64,000 nucleotides of DNA from Actinomycetota bacterium (GTDB lineage Bacteria; Actinomycetota; UBA4738; HRBIN12): the NCBI GenBank assembly GCA_036281075.1, contig DASUPO010000105.1:23385-87384 (forward strand), read 5' to 3'. The translations under genes and the position numbers were made by a program. The notes beneath the pieces are model-generated. The model saw nothing but the letters and a program-made list of their open reading frames with translations. It ran no database searches and had not been told where the DNA came from. This document shows positions 18,429 through 28,281 of this stretch, piece by piece; positions within the stretch are counted from its first letter, which is position 1, and every line of letters starts with the position of its first letter.

Positions 18429-19672
18429 GCCGTCGGACGCCGCCCATCCTGGAGAGCAGGGCCGAGCCGCTCGGGACGGCGTTCGATCTGCTCGCCGCGT
18501 ACCGGCCACCGGGCGTCTTCTTCGAACGCCGCGGCATCGGCGCGGCCGGCTGGATCGGGGCCGCGAGGCTGACGTTCGGGAGTGAGGACCTGGCCGATCT
18601 GTCCGACGTGGTGGAACTCCTCCGAACGGCAGTCACCGGGCGAGACGCGTCGCCCGTCGCCGCGGGCGCCATCGCGTTCGGCGGCGACCGGGGGCCCCAC
18701 GAGCTCGTCGTGCCGCGACGGTCCGTCCGGCGGGACCTCGACGGACGGACCTGGCGCGTCGACACGAACCTCGCAGGCGGGCCCGACGAGGCTCCGCCGC
18801 CGTTCGATCGGGTCGCCGGCGGAGCGCCGCACGAGCCGTTCCGGGACGTGCAGATCACGGAGATCCCGACCTCGGACGGGTACGAGCGCGCCGTCGCGTC
18901 GGCCGTCGACGCGGTGCGGGAGACGGAGCTCCGGAAGGTCGTGCTCGCCCGGACGGTCGAGGTCGATGCCGGCCGGACCCTCGACCCCCGCGCGCTCGTG
19001 CATCGGCTCCGGGCCGTCGACCCCGACGCGTACACCTTCGCGGCGCCCACGGACGACGGCGTGATCGTCGGAGCCTCGCCCGAGCTGCTCGTGTCGAGGC
19101 ACGGCCGCGAGGTTCGATCGAATCCGCTCGCGGGCTCGGCGTCCAGATCCGGGGACCGCGACGAGGACCGGGCGAGCGCCGAAGCGCTGGCCGCCTCCTC
19201 CAAGGACAGGGAGGAGCACGTGATCGTCGTGGAGGCGGTGGCGGAGGTCCTGGGACCGTTCTGCGAGGACCTCCGGTGGGATCTCGAGCCGGTGCTCCGG
19301 GGGACGCCGAACGTGTGGCACCTCTCGACGTCCTTCGAGGGCGTGCTCCGTGACCCGCCCCCCTCGTCGCTCGACCTCGTCGCTGCGCTGCATCCCACGC
19401 CCGCCGTCGCGGGCACCCCGATCGAGGCCGCGCTGGCGACCATCGACCAGCTGGAGCCGTTCTCCCGCGGCCGCTACGCCGGTCCGGTCGGCTGGGTCGA
19501 CGCGAACGGCGACGGCGACTGGGCGATCGCGCTGCGATGCGCGGAGCTCGTCGGCGACCGAGCCACGCTCTACGCGGGCGCCGGCATCGTCGCCGGCTCG
19601 GACCCCGAGGCCGAGCTCGCCGAGACCGAACGGAAGTTCCAGGCGTTCCTCGACGCGCTGCGCTGGGGTTAG
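18425..19672 (+). CDS. menF: Isochorismate synthase
   Basis: C-terminal 415 aa of track ORF 17630..19672. Motifs KVVLAR, SPELLV, LHPTPAVAGTP, RGRYAGPVGW and AGAGIVAGSDPEAE. ATGA overlap with menG. Confidence 0.85.
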   Translation: MSRRTPPILESRAEPLGTAFDLLAAYRPPGVFFERRGIGAAGWIGAARLTFGSEDLADLSDVVELLRTAVTGRDASPVAAGAIAFGGDRGPHELVVPRRSVRRDLDGRTWRVDTNLAGGPDEAPPPFDRVAGGAPHEPFRDVQITEIPTSDGYERAVASAVDAVRETELRKVVLARTVEVDAGRTLDPRALVHRLRAVDPDAYTFAAPTDDGVIVGASPELLVSRHGREVRSNPLAGSASRSGDRDEDRASAEALAASSKDREEHVIVVEAVAEVLGPFCEDLRWDLEPVLRGTPNVWHLSTSFEGVLRDPPPSSLDLVAALHPTPAVAGTPIEAALATIDQLEPFSRGRYAGPVGWVDANGDGDWAIALRCAELVGDRATLYAGAGIVAGSDPEAELAETERKFQAFLDALRWG

Positions 19673-20157
19673 TCCGCGAGCGCCTCGTCGGGTCCGAGGT
19701 CGAGGACGAGGGGTTCGTCGCGGGGCTCGAACCCGCCCCGCCCGTAGAAGGGCCGGGAGCGTTCGGTGGGCCACACGATCACGAAGGAGTACCCCTCGTC
19801 CCGGCACCAGGACGTGACGTGGTCCAGCAGGGTCGCGCCCAGGCCGCCGTCGCGCCGCTCCGGCGCCACGTAGACGTTCGTCAGGTAGCCCATCGGCCCG
19901 GCGCGCTTCCCGGGGATCGGCACGCGTGGCACGGTCTGCAGCCACATCGCCCCGACGAGGCGACCGCGCGCCCGTGCCACCCAGCATCGCCACTCGCCCG
20001 AGACGAGCGCCTCGGTCGCGAAGGCGGCGAACCGCTCTCGATAGGCCTCGGGCGCTTCGGTCGGGAGGCCCTGGTACTCGGCGTACAGACCCCAGCGCAG
20101 CTCGGCGAGCGCGGATACGTCGTCCTGACCGGCGAGGTCGATCGTCACGTCCGTCAT
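19669..20157 (-). CDS. GNAT-family N-acetyltransferase
   Basis: 162 aa from ATG 20155-20157. Motif VAPERRDGGLGATLLDHV. ATGA overlap with the menD stop. Its stop overlaps the menF stop convergently (TTAG at 19669-19672). Confidence 0.75.
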   Translation of the reverse strand: MTDVTIDLAGQDDVSALAELRWGLYAEYQGLPTEAPEAYRERFAAFATEALVSGEWRCWVARARGRLVGAMWLQTVPRVPIPGKRAGPMGYLTNVYVAPERRDGGLGATLLDHVTSWCRDEGYSFVIVWPTERSRPFYGRGGFEPRDEPLVLDLGPDEALAD

Positions 20158-21941
20158 CGACCGGCCACCGCCCGATCGACCGCGTCCTGCAGTTCGCGGC
20201 GCCGACGGAGACCCAGCTCCGCGTCGACCACGACCTCGACGACGCGAACGCCGCCGGCGCCGGCGGTCCGGTCCAGCGCGGGCAGCACGTCCGACGCCCG
20301 GTCGATCCGCTCGTGGCCGGCGCCGGCGGCGGCGCACAACCGGCCGATGTCGACGCCGTGCGGGGTCACGAACAGGGCGCGATGCTCGGGGAGGTCGAGC
20401 TGGGGGAGCAGTGAGAACACGTGGCCGCCGCCATTGTTCACGACGACGGTCGTGAGGTCGATCCGACCGCCGCCGTTCCACAGGAGGGCGCCGGCGTCGT
20501 GCAGCAGGGACAGATCGCCGATCAGCGCGACGGTCGGGCCACGCCGCGCGGCGGCGATGCCGAGGGCCGTCGAGACGAGTCCGTCGATCCCGCTCGCGCC
20601 GCGGTTCGCGAGCACGGTGAGGCCGCTCCGCGGCGCCATCGCGAGGTCGAGATCGCGGACCGGCGTGGAGTTGCCCACGAAGAGCAGCCCGCCCTCGGGT
20701 ATCCACGATGCGACGTCGCGCGCGATCCTCGGCTCGAACGGTTCGCCCCAGGAGTCCAGCAGCCGGTCGACCGTGGCGCGGGCGAGCTCGTCCGCGGCCC
20801 CCCACGCCTCGGTCCATCCCGTCGGCGCGGGTTCGATCCTCCCGGCCCAGCGTTCCTCGATGCCCTCCGGGGCATGCTCGCCCGTCAGGGCGATCCCGAC
20901 GCTGCCGGGGACGACGGGATGCCGCCCGACGACGGACGTCAGGGCGTCGGGATCGACCGCGAGCCGCCACGTCGCGAGCCGGTCCGGATCGGGATCGAGG
21001 TGCCAGCGATCGGCGACCACCAGCCGCTCCGCGGAGGCCAGGAACCGGAGCGTCGCTCGACCGGTGGGTGCCGCGCCGAGCTGGATCGCGACGTCCGCCG
21101 GATGCGCCCGGGCCCAGGCGCCCGAGAGCAAGGCCTGTCCCGCGGAGAGCGACCCGTCCGGGACGCGCGAGCCGGACGTCGGCTCGGCGAGGACCGGCCA
21201 GCCGAGCAGCCGGGACCAGATCTCGGTGTCGGCGGAGAGCGAGGTGGGCAGCCCACCGACGACGAGCGCGCCCTTGGCCCCGGAGACCAGGGCGACGAAC
21301 CGGTCGATCTCGTCCGGATCCAGCGCCGCGGACGGGCGCTCGTCGCCACCGACCTGCTCATCCCGCGGGATCGCAGGCTGGACGCCCACCGAGGGCGTGA
21401 GCGGCTCCTCGAACGGGCAGTTCAGGTGGACCGGGCCGATCGGGTCTCCCGCCATCGCCTCGAGCGCCTCCCGTCCCGCCTGTCGCCACCACGCCTCCTG
21501 GCCCACGGCGGTGGGAACGGGCAGGTCGAGCGACGCCCGGACGTAGCCACCGAAGAGCTCCGGCTGGACGATCGTCTGATTCGCGCCCGTGCCGCGGAGG
21601 CGAGGCGGCCGATCGGCCGTCAGGAGCACGAGGGGAACGCGCGACTGGGACGCCTCGACGACGGCCGGGAGGAGCTCGGCGACCGCGGTTCCGCTCGTGC
21701 ACGCGACGATCACGGGACGTCCCGTCGCCTTCGCGACCCCCAGCGCGAAGAACGCGCCCGAGCGCTCATCGAGGTGCACGTGGAGACGAACGCCCGGGTG
21801 GCGTGCGAGCGCCAGGGCGAGCGGGGTGGAGCGGGAGCCGGGCGACAACGACGCGTGCGCGACGCCGCCGGCGACGAGCCCGTCGACGAGCGCCGTCGCG
21901 CACGCGAGCGAGACGTCGCCGGGGCCCACGGCCGTCTCCAC
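20154..21941 (-). CDS. menD: SEPHCHC synthase (2-succinyl-5-enolpyruvyl-6-hydroxy-3-cyclohexene-1-carboxylate synthase)
   Basis: C-terminal 595 aa of track ORF 20154..22382. SPGSRSTPLALA, DERSGAFFALG, TSGTAVAEL, and the ThDP motif GDLSLLHD..NNGGG. Confidence 0.9.
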   Translation of the reverse strand: METAVGPGDVSLACATALVDGLVAGGVAHASLSPGSRSTPLALALARHPGVRLHVHLDERSGAFFALGVAKATGRPVIVACTSGTAVAELLPAVVEASQSRVPLVLLTADRPPRLRGTGANQTIVQPELFGGYVRASLDLPVPTAVGQEAWWRQAGREALEAMAGDPIGPVHLNCPFEEPLTPSVGVQPAIPRDEQVGGDERPSAALDPDEIDRFVALVSGAKGALVVGGLPTSLSADTEIWSRLLGWPVLAEPTSGSRVPDGSLSAGQALLSGAWARAHPADVAIQLGAAPTGRATLRFLASAERLVVADRWHLDPDPDRLATWRLAVDPDALTSVVGRHPVVPGSVGIALTGEHAPEGIEERWAGRIEPAPTGWTEAWGAADELARATVDRLLDSWGEPFEPRIARDVASWIPEGGLLFVGNSTPVRDLDLAMAPRSGLTVLANRGASGIDGLVSTALGIAAARRGPTVALIGDLSLLHDAGALLWNGGGRIDLTTVVVNNGGGHVFSLLPQLDLPEHRALFVTPHGVDIGRLCAAAGAGHERIDRASDVLPALDRTAGAGGVRVVEVVVDAELGLRRRRELQDAVDRAVAGR

Positions 21942-22834
21942 TAGGCTGCCGCCCGGTCCAGCACGAGCCCGAGCGCGAGCAGCGAGCCCGTGGCCGCGTG
22001 CGCGGCCGCGGTCCCGGTGAGGACCGGGATCAGGTCCCGTCCGGTCGCGCTCCCCACCGCCTGCATCGGTCGGATCGAGACGACCCAGCCGGCGAGCCCG
22101 AGGAGTCCCCACTGCGTGAGGCCGGCGTCCTCGTCGATGAGGAAGACGACCACGCCCAGGACGATCGTCGCGAACGCTCCCACGACGCACGCGCGGTAGA
22201 GGGTCCTGGTCCGCGCGTCCCCGAGGCGAACGGCGAGCGTCCGCTTCCCGGCCTGGGCGTCGGTGGAGATGTCGCGGAGGTTGTTCGCCACGAGGATCGC
22301 CACGGCGAGCAGGCCGACCACGGTCCCGCACCACCACGCCGACGCGGGCACGGACGCGTCCATGACGAACGCCGTCCCGCACGTCGCCATCAGCCCGAAG
22401 AAGACGAACACCATCACCTCACCCAGCCCGAGCCCGGCGTAGGGTCGAGGTCCACCGCTGTAGGCGAACGCCGCCACGAGCGCGAGCGCGCCGACGAACA
22501 GGACGAGCGCCGGCTCGGTGACGAGCGCGAGCGCGAGGCCCGCGACGCCGGCCACGAAGATCGAGAGGAGCGCGGCCGTCAGGACCGCGGCCGGCGAGGC
22601 GAGACCGCCGGCCACGAGCCGCGGCGGGCCGACCCGGTCGGCCCGGTCGACGCCCCGGAGGCCGTCGAAGTAGTCGTTCGCGTAGTTCACCCCGACCTGG
22701 AGGCCGAGCGCGACGAGCACCGCGGCGACGAACCGCCACGCGACGAACGTGTCGGCCGCCGCGGCGCCGACGAGGACGGGCACGACCCCCGCGCCGAGCG
22801 TGCGCGGACGCGCGCCGGCGACCCAGACGTTCAC
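21941..22834 (-). CDS. menA: 1,4-dihydroxy-2-naphthoate polyprenyltransferase
   Basis: UbiA fold. [30 protein letters not shown], and about 8 TM helices. GTGA overlap with the menB stop. Confidence 0.85.
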   Translation of the reverse strand: MNVWVAGARPRTLGAGVVPVLVGAAAADTFVAWRFVAAVLVALGLQVGVNYANDYFDGLRGVDRADRVGPPRLVAGGLASPAAVLTAALLSIFVAGVAGLALALVTEPALVLFVGALALVAAFAYSGGPRPYAGLGLGEVMVFVFFGLMATCGTAFVMDASVPASAWWCGTVVGLLAVAILVANNLRDISTDAQAGKRTLAVRLGDARTRTLYRACVVGAFATIVLGVVVFLIDEDAGLTQWGLLGLAGWVVSIRPMQAVGSATGRDLIPVLTGTAAAHAATGSLLALGLVLDRAAA

Positions 22835-23685
22835 GGGCGCTTCGGGAACCGGGAGAAGTCCGGGGCCCGCTTCTCGACGTAGGCATCCCGGCCCTCCTGC
22901 GCCTCCTCGCTCATGTAATAGAGGAGCGTGGCGTCGCCGGCGAGCTGCTGCACGCCGGCGAGGCCGTCGATCCCCGCGTGGGCGCCCGCCTTCAGCAGAC
23001 GGAGCGCGAGCGGCGAGAACGCCAGCATCTCCGTCGCCCACCGCACCGTCTCCTCCTCGAGCTCCTCCACCGGCACGACGGCGTTCACGAGACCCCACGA
23101 CAGGGCCGTCGCGGCGTCGTACTGGCGACAGAGGAACCAGACCTCCTTCGCGCGCTTCTCCCCGATCTGGCGCGCGAGCAGCCCGATGCCGTATCCGCCG
23201 TCGAACGAGCCCACGCGCGGTCCCGCCTGCCCGAACCGGGCGTTGTCGGCGGCGATCGTGAGGTCGCAGCAGAGGTGCAGCACGTGTCCGCCGCCGATCG
23301 CGTACCCGGCCACCATCGCGATCACGGGTTTGGGGAGCCGCCGGATCTGGATCTGCAGGTCGAGGACGTTCAGGCGGCCGATCCCGCGCTCGTCGACGTA
23401 GCCGTCGTCACCACGGACGCCCTGGTCCCCGCCCGAGGAGAAGGCCAGGGGGCCCTCGCCGGTCAGCACCACGACCCCGACGGAGGGGTCGTCGCGAGCC
23501 AGGTCGAACGCGGTGATCAGCTCCGCCGTCGTGAGCGGTCGGAACGCGTTGCGCACCTCGGGACGGGCGATCGTGATCCTCGCGATCCCCGCCGCGGTCT
23601 CGTACCGGATGTCGGTGAACGCGGCCGCCGCACCGTCGGTGGACCGCCAGTCGAGGGCCGGCCTGATCTCGCGCGTGTCGTCCAT
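22831..23685 (-). CDS. menB: 1,4-dihydroxy-2-naphthoyl-CoA synthase
   Basis: 284 aa. Crotonase fold with [22 protein letters not shown] and GSFDGGYG. Confidence 0.95.
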   Translation of the reverse strand: MDDTREIRPALDWRSTDGAAAAFTDIRYETAAGIARITIARPEVRNAFRPLTTAELITAFDLARDDPSVGVVVLTGEGPLAFSSGGDQGVRGDDGYVDERGIGRLNVLDLQIQIRRLPKPVIAMVAGYAIGGGHVLHLCCDLTIAADNARFGQAGPRVGSFDGGYGIGLLARQIGEKRAKEVWFLCRQYDAATALSWGLVNAVVPVEELEEETVRWATEMLAFSPLALRLLKAGAHAGIDGLAGVQQLAGDATLLYYMSEEAQEGRDAYVEKRAPDFSRFPKRP

Positions 23686-23772
23686 GTGACCGTCGACTCC
23701 GAGAGCGGTTGCTCGAACGGTTGGCTAGCCTACCCGACGAGCTGCGGCCGGAGCGATGCCGGGGAGGCGGAG

Positions 23773-24927
23773 ATGGCGACCGAGGAGCTGGTGGTGATCG
23801 ATCTGCCGCCCGGTCCCGCCTGGGTCGATCTCGTGACCCGCCTCTGGCTCGAGGAGGTCCCGTTCCTGCCCCTCGACCACCGGCTGTCGGAGCGGGAGCG
23901 GCGGGAGATCGTCGACCGCGCGCGGCCGCACTTCGTCCACGACGCCGGCGGGGAGACGCTGCTCGCGGACGCGGTCCCCGTGACGCCCGGCGTGGCGATC
24001 GTGATGCCGACGTCGGGGACGGCGGGCGAGCCGAAGCTCGTCGAGCTGCACCGCGTCGCGGTCGTCGTGGCCGTGACGCGGTCGGCGAAGCGGCTCGGCG
24101 CCACGCCGGGTGCGCCGTGGATCTGTCCGCTCACCCCCGCGCACATCGGCGGCCTGCTCGTGCTGCTGCGGGCGGCGATCCTCGGCACGCCCGTCACGAT
24201 GCACGAGCGGTTCGACCCCGAGCGACTCGTCTACGACGGCGAGGGGGCGGCGTTCGTCTCCGTCGTGCCGCTGATGGTGCGGCGCCTCGTGGAGGCCGAT
24301 CTCGGCCTCCACGGCCTCACGCTCCTGGTGGGCGGGGACGGGATCGACGCCGACACGTCGGACGCCGCGCGGGCGCGCGGCGCCCGCCTCGTCACCACCT
24401 ACGGACTGACCGAGACGTGCGGCGGGTTCACGTACGACGGCGTGCCGCTCGACGGCACCGACGTCCGGATCGGAGACGGGACGATCGAGGTCGCGGGGAC
24501 CACGTTGATGGAGGGCTACCGGCTGGACCCGGCCGCCACCGGCGCCGCGTTCACGACCGACGGCTGGCTCCGCACCGGTGACCTCGGTGCGATCGACGAC
24601 GGTGGTCGTCTCGTCGTTCACGGGCGAGCGGACCACGCGATCGTGACGGGTGCCGAGAAGGTGTGGCCCGAGGAGGTCGAACGCGTCCTCGCGACGCATC
24701 CGATGATCGCGGACGTCGCCGTCGCGGGACGGCCGGATCCCGAGTGGGGCGCCCACGTCAGCGCGTTCGTCGTGCCGGTCGACGTGGGTTCCCCGCCCTC
24801 CCTGGAGGAGCTCCGGCGGCACGCCGCCGGGCGGCTCGCGAGGTTCAAGCTCCCGCGCGAGCTGCAGCTGGTCCCGACGATCCCGCGGACCTCGACGGGG
24901 AAGGTGCGCCGCCGCGAGCTCCGCTGA
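23773..24927 (+). CDS. menE: o-Succinylbenzoate-CoA ligase
   Basis: C-terminal 384 aa of track ORF 22978..24927. AMP-binding motifs TSGTAGEPK, YGLTET, GDLG and RTSTGKVRR. GGGGAGG SD before ATG 23773. Confidence 0.85.
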   Translation: MATEELVVIDLPPGPAWVDLVTRLWLEEVPFLPLDHRLSERERREIVDRARPHFVHDAGGETLLADAVPVTPGVAIVMPTSGTAGEPKLVELHRVAVVVAVTRSAKRLGATPGAPWICPLTPAHIGGLLVLLRAAILGTPVTMHERFDPERLVYDGEGAAFVSVVPLMVRRLVEADLGLHGLTLLVGGDGIDADTSDAARARGARLVTTYGLTETCGGFTYDGVPLDGTDVRIGDGTIEVAGTTLMEGYRLDPAATGAAFTTDGWLRTGDLGAIDDGGRLVVHGRADHAIVTGAEKVWPEEVERVLATHPMIADVAVAGRPDPEWGAHVSAFVVPVDVGSPPSLEELRRHAAGRLARFKLPRELQLVPTIPRTSTGKVRRRELR

Positions 24928-24931
24928 CGTG

Positions 24932-24970
24932 AAAAGGCCCGAGTCCGGGAGGGGTGGACTCGGGCCTTTC
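24932..24970. terminator. Bidirectional intrinsic terminator
   Basis: AAAGGCCCGAGTCC-(9-nt loop)-GGACTCGGGCCTTT, a 14-bp perfect stem flanked by an A-run and a T-run. It begins 5 nt after the menE stop and faces the convergent response regulator gene. Confidence 0.8.
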
Positions 24971-25099
24971 TCGGGGAGCTCCCCGAGGCCATCGAGGGGG
25001 ACGGCCTCACGCGTCCACGGGACGCGGGTCACCCCACCAGCAGATTCGACGTTCCGGGCGCGAGACTTGAGCCCTGCCGGGCAGGAGTTCCCACCGTCG

Positions 25100-25756
25100 T
25101 CAGACCACGATCGCGCCGTGCTTCACGGCGAACGCCACCGCCTCGAGCTTCGAGTGCACGCGGAGCTTCCCGAGGATGTTCCGGACGTGGGTCTGGACGG
25201 TCTGGGGACTGATGAAGAGCTTCTGGGCGATCCCGTCGTTCCGCATCCCCTCGGCGAGCAGCTGCAGGATCTCCCGCTCACGGTCCGTGAGGTCGTCCAG
25301 GAGCATCGTGGCCTCGCGGCGCTCCTCTCGTTCCCGAGCCACCTGCGCGAGCAGCCGGGTGAGGGTCGCGGGGTCGATGAGGACCTCGCCCTCGGCCGCG
25401 GCCTTGGCCGCGGCCAGGACCTCCTCCGCCGCCTCGCCCTTGCCGAGGAACCCCGAGGCGCCCGCCTCGACCGCCTCCACGAGGAGGCGGTCCTCGTCGT
25501 GTGCCGTGATGATCACGACCTTCGTCGCGGGGGAGATCTCCTTGATCCTGCGCGTCGCCTCGATCCCCGACATCCCGCCCTTGAACACGATGTCCATCAG
25601 CACGACGTCCGGGAGATGCTCGGAGGAGAGCTCGATCGCGGTCTCGGGATCGTGGACGGGCGGGGCGACGAGCTGGAGCCCGTCGTCGAGGCCGACGACG
25701 GTCGCGAGCGCATCGGTCAAGACCTTGTGGTCGTCGCAGATCAGCAGCGTGGTCAC
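25100..25756 (-). CDS. NarL/LuxR-family response regulator
   Basis: VTTLLICDDHKVL..VVLMDI..LTDREREILQLLAEGMRNDGIAQKLFISPQTVQTH. GTGA overlap with the upstream kinase gene. Confidence 0.9.
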   Translation of the reverse strand: MTTLLICDDHKVLTDALATVVGLDDGLQLVAPPVHDPETAIELSSEHLPDVVLMDIVFKGGMSGIEATRRIKEISPATKVVIITAHDEDRLLVEAVEAGASGFLGKGEAAEEVLAAAKAAAEGEVLIDPATLTRLLAQVAREREERREATMLLDDLTDREREILQLLAEGMRNDGIAQKLFISPQTVQTHVRNILGKLRVHSKLEAVAFAVKHGAIVV

Positions 25757-26475
25757 CCGTCGCCCGCCTTCCGCCCCTCCGCAGGGACCCGGACGGTGAG
25801 CATCGTACCCCCGGTCGGCGGGGCCACGATCGAAGCGTCGCCCCCGTGTCCGCGGGCGATCGCTCTCGTGATGAACAGGCCCAGGCCCGCTCCGGGTCGA
25901 TCCTCGTAGCCGGCGGGACGCCACCGAGCGAACCGTTCGAACACCGCCTCGTGCTCCCCGGCGGGGACCCCCGGCCCTCGATCGACGACCTCGATCACCG
26001 CGTCGTCGCCCTCCCGCCGGACGCGCACGACGATCGGCGCGTCCGGCGGCGAGTACGCGGCGGCGTTGTCGATCAGCTCCCGGACGGCGACGCCCAGGCG
26101 GCTCGCGTCGATCCGGGACGTCACCTCGTCGTCCGCGTCGAGCTCGAGCGGATGCGTCCCGACGTCGGCGGCCTCAGCCACGGTCCGGACGAGGGAGGCG
26201 ACGTCTGCGGTTCGCCGCTCGAACGACACGGCGCCGGCGTCGAGCCTGAGCGCGAGGGCGACCTCCTCGACCACCCGCTCGAGCCGATCCGCCTCCTGGC
26301 GGATCAGCTCGAGGAACTCCCGCCGCTCCGCGTCGTCGAGGCCGTCGTAGTGCGAGAGGGTCGTCCCCGCGAGCCCGCGGAGCGTGGACGCGGGGCCGCG
26401 GATCTCGTGGACGAGCCTGGCGACCAGCTCCGCCCGCTCCCGCGGGGAGCGATCGCCCTGCGTCGATGCCGTCAC
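25753..26475 (-). CDS. Soluble, sensor-less histidine kinase (HisKA + HATPase_c only)
   Basis: 240 aa. H-box LVHEIRGPASTL, N-box ELIDNAAAYS, then DRGPGVP and GLGLFITRAIA. No TM helix or input domain is recognisable. Confidence 0.8.
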   Translation of the reverse strand: MTASTQGDRSPRERAELVARLVHEIRGPASTLRGLAGTTLSHYDGLDDAERREFLELIRQEADRLERVVEEVALALRLDAGAVSFERRTADVASLVRTVAEAADVGTHPLELDADDEVTSRIDASRLGVAVRELIDNAAAYSPPDAPIVVRVRREGDDAVIEVVDRGPGVPAGEHEAVFERFARWRPAGYEDRPGAGLGLFITRAIARGHGGDASIVAPPTGGTMLTVRVPAEGRKAGDG

Positions 26476-26484
26476 CCCGCGAGT

Positions 26485-27267
26485 CTAGGAATAGGAGTGC
26501 TCCTCGTCGGGGAAGGTGCCCTCCTCGACGTCGCGGACGAAGTCCCGGGCGGCGTCGGCGATCGTCCCGCGCAGGTCGGCGTACTTCTTCGAGAGCTTCG
26601 GGACGCGATCGTTGATGCCGAGGAGATCGTGGATCACCAGGACCTGGGCGTCGCACGCCGGGCCCGCGCCGATCCCGATCGTGGGGATCTCGAGCGACCG
26701 CGTGATCTCCGCCGCGAGCTCTGCCGGCACCGCCTCGAGCACGATCGAGAACGCGCCCGCCTTCTCGAGCTGCGCCGACTGCTCCAGCAGGACGTGCGCG
26801 GCCTCGCCGCGTCCCTGCACCCGGTAGCCGCCCATCGCGTGGACGGATTGCGGGGTCAGGCCGACGTGCGCCATCACCGGGATCCCGATGTCGACCAGGC
26901 GGTGCACGAGGTCCAGGTGCGGACCCTCGAGCTTCACGGCCTGGGCCCCGCCCTCCTTCACGAGGCGGCCGGCGTTGCGGATCCCGTCCTCGAGGGAGAC
27001 CTGGTACGACAGGAACGGGAGGTCGCCGACCACCATCGCGCGCTCGACCCCTCGGACCACCGCGCGGGTGTGGTGCAGCATCTCTTCCATCGTGACCGGG
27101 AGCGTGTCCGCGTAGCCGAGGACGTTGTTGCCGAGGGAGTCCCCGACCAGCAGGACGGGGACGCCGACGCGGTCGAGGATCTGCGCGGTGGGGAAGTCGT
27201 AGGCGGTGAGCATCGTGAACCGACGCCCCGCCGCCTTCCACGCCTTCAGGTCGTGGACGGTGGTCAT
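26485..27267 (-). CDS. panB: 3-methyl-2-oxobutanoate hydroxymethyltransferase
   Basis: MTTVHDLKAWK..LTAYD..LVGDSLGNNVLGY..VKLEGP..GHVGLTPQS. AAGGAGG SD at 27276-27282 before ATG 27265-27267. Confidence 0.93.
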   Translation of the reverse strand: MTTVHDLKAWKAAGRRFTMLTAYDFPTAQILDRVGVPVLLVGDSLGNNVLGYADTLPVTMEEMLHHTRAVVRGVERAMVVGDLPFLSYQVSLEDGIRNAGRLVKEGGAQAVKLEGPHLDLVHRLVDIGIPVMAHVGLTPQSVHAMGGYRVQGRGEAAHVLLEQSAQLEKAGAFSIVLEAVPAELAAEITRSLEIPTIGIGAGPACDAQVLVIHDLLGINDRVPKLSKKYADLRGTIADAARDFVRDVEEGTFPDEEHSYS

Positions 27268-27446
27268 CGCTCGCGCCTCCTTGAGGATCGTCCCGGCGAA
27301 GTGCACGGCTGTTCGGACGAGTCTACCCGAGGCGACATGTCCGACCCGGCTGCTACGGTCCGTCGAGGTCCCGTACACTGCTGGGCGACCCTCAGGACTT
27401 CCTGCTCCCCTTCGAGGGGGGCCGTCCAGACCAGAGGAGGTGGGGT

Positions 27447-27812
27447 TTGAGGGAGTACGAGTGCATGCTCATCTTGCCCGCGGAGGCCGACGAGGCCACG
27501 GTGGGCACCGCGACGGAGCGGATCTCCGCCACCGCCGCCAAGCACGGCGGTGAGGTCCGCAACATCGAGCGCTGGGGCCGGCGTCGCCTCGCGTACGAGA
27601 TCGATCACCGCGGCGAGGGGTACTACGTCGTCGTGACGTTCTCGGGCGAGCCGGCGGCGCAGCTCGAGCTCGAGCGCGCCCTGAACCTCGCGGACGAGGT
27701 CGTGCGGCACAAGATCCTCGTCCTGCCGCCCACGCGGAAGGAACGAGACAAGCAGCTGGCAACTTCCCCCGCCTCCGCCAGCGGCGGAGACGCGACACCC
27801 CAAGGGGAGTGA
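27447..27812 (+). CDS. rpsF: 30S ribosomal protein S6
   Basis: REYECMLIL..WGRRRLAYEI..GYYVV. TTG start preceded by an AGAGGAGG SD at 27433-27440. Confidence 0.93.
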   Translation: MREYECMLILPAEADEATVGTATERISATAAKHGGEVRNIERWGRRRLAYEIDHRGEGYYVVVTFSGEPAAQLELERALNLADEVVRHKILVLPPTRKERDKQLATSPASASGGDATPQGE

Positions 27813-27819
27813 ACGAACC

Positions 27820-28281
27820 ATGGCGACGGACAACCAAGTCACGCTGGTCGGCAACCTGACCGACGACCCGGAGCTCCGGTACACGCCCAACGGCGCGGCG
27901 GTCTGCAAGCTGCGGATGGCCGTGAACCGGCGCTACCAGGACCAGAGCGGCCAGTGGAAGGACGGCGAAACGTCGTACTTCACGGTGAACGCGTGGCGCA
28001 CGCTCGCGGAGAACGCCGCCGAGTCGCTGACCCGCGGGACCCGCGTGATCGTGGCGGGTCGGCTGAACTACCGCACCTGGGAGAACCAGGACGGCGACAA
28101 GCGCTCGGCGATCGAGGTCGAGGCGGACGAGGTCGCGCCGAGCCTGAAGTGGGCGACGGCCGCCGTGACGCGGCAGTCCCGGTCGAGCGGCGCGTCCAGC
28201 TCGGGCGACTGGGGCGAGCGGGTCGCGGCGCCGGTCGGCGGCGGGGCCGAACAGGAGGAGTCTCCGATCGATGCCGGGTAG
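27820..28281 (+). CDS. ssb: Single-stranded DNA-binding protein
   Basis: [34 protein letters not shown]-fold, followed by a Gly/Ser-rich linker. The C-terminus reads ..[11 protein letters not shown] (see findings). Confidence 0.9.
   Translation: MATDNQVTLVGNLTDDPELRYTPNGAAVCKLRMAVNRRYQDQSGQWKDGETSYFTVNAWRTLAENAAESLTRGTRVIVAGRLNYRTWENQDGDKRSAIEVEADEVAPSLKWATAAVTRQSRSSGASSSGDWGERVAAPVGGGAEQEESPIDAG

Noticed and set aside
27384-27446. Possible S6:S18-binding autoregulatory leader in the rpsF 5' UTR (hairpin GGCGACCCTC..GAGGGGGGCC downstream of a TACACT -10-like box at 27374-27379).
   Set aside because: The stem is short and interrupted (5 bp + 2x2 loop + 3 bp). I cannot recall the motif consensus well enough to match it by eye, so a covariance-model search would be needed.
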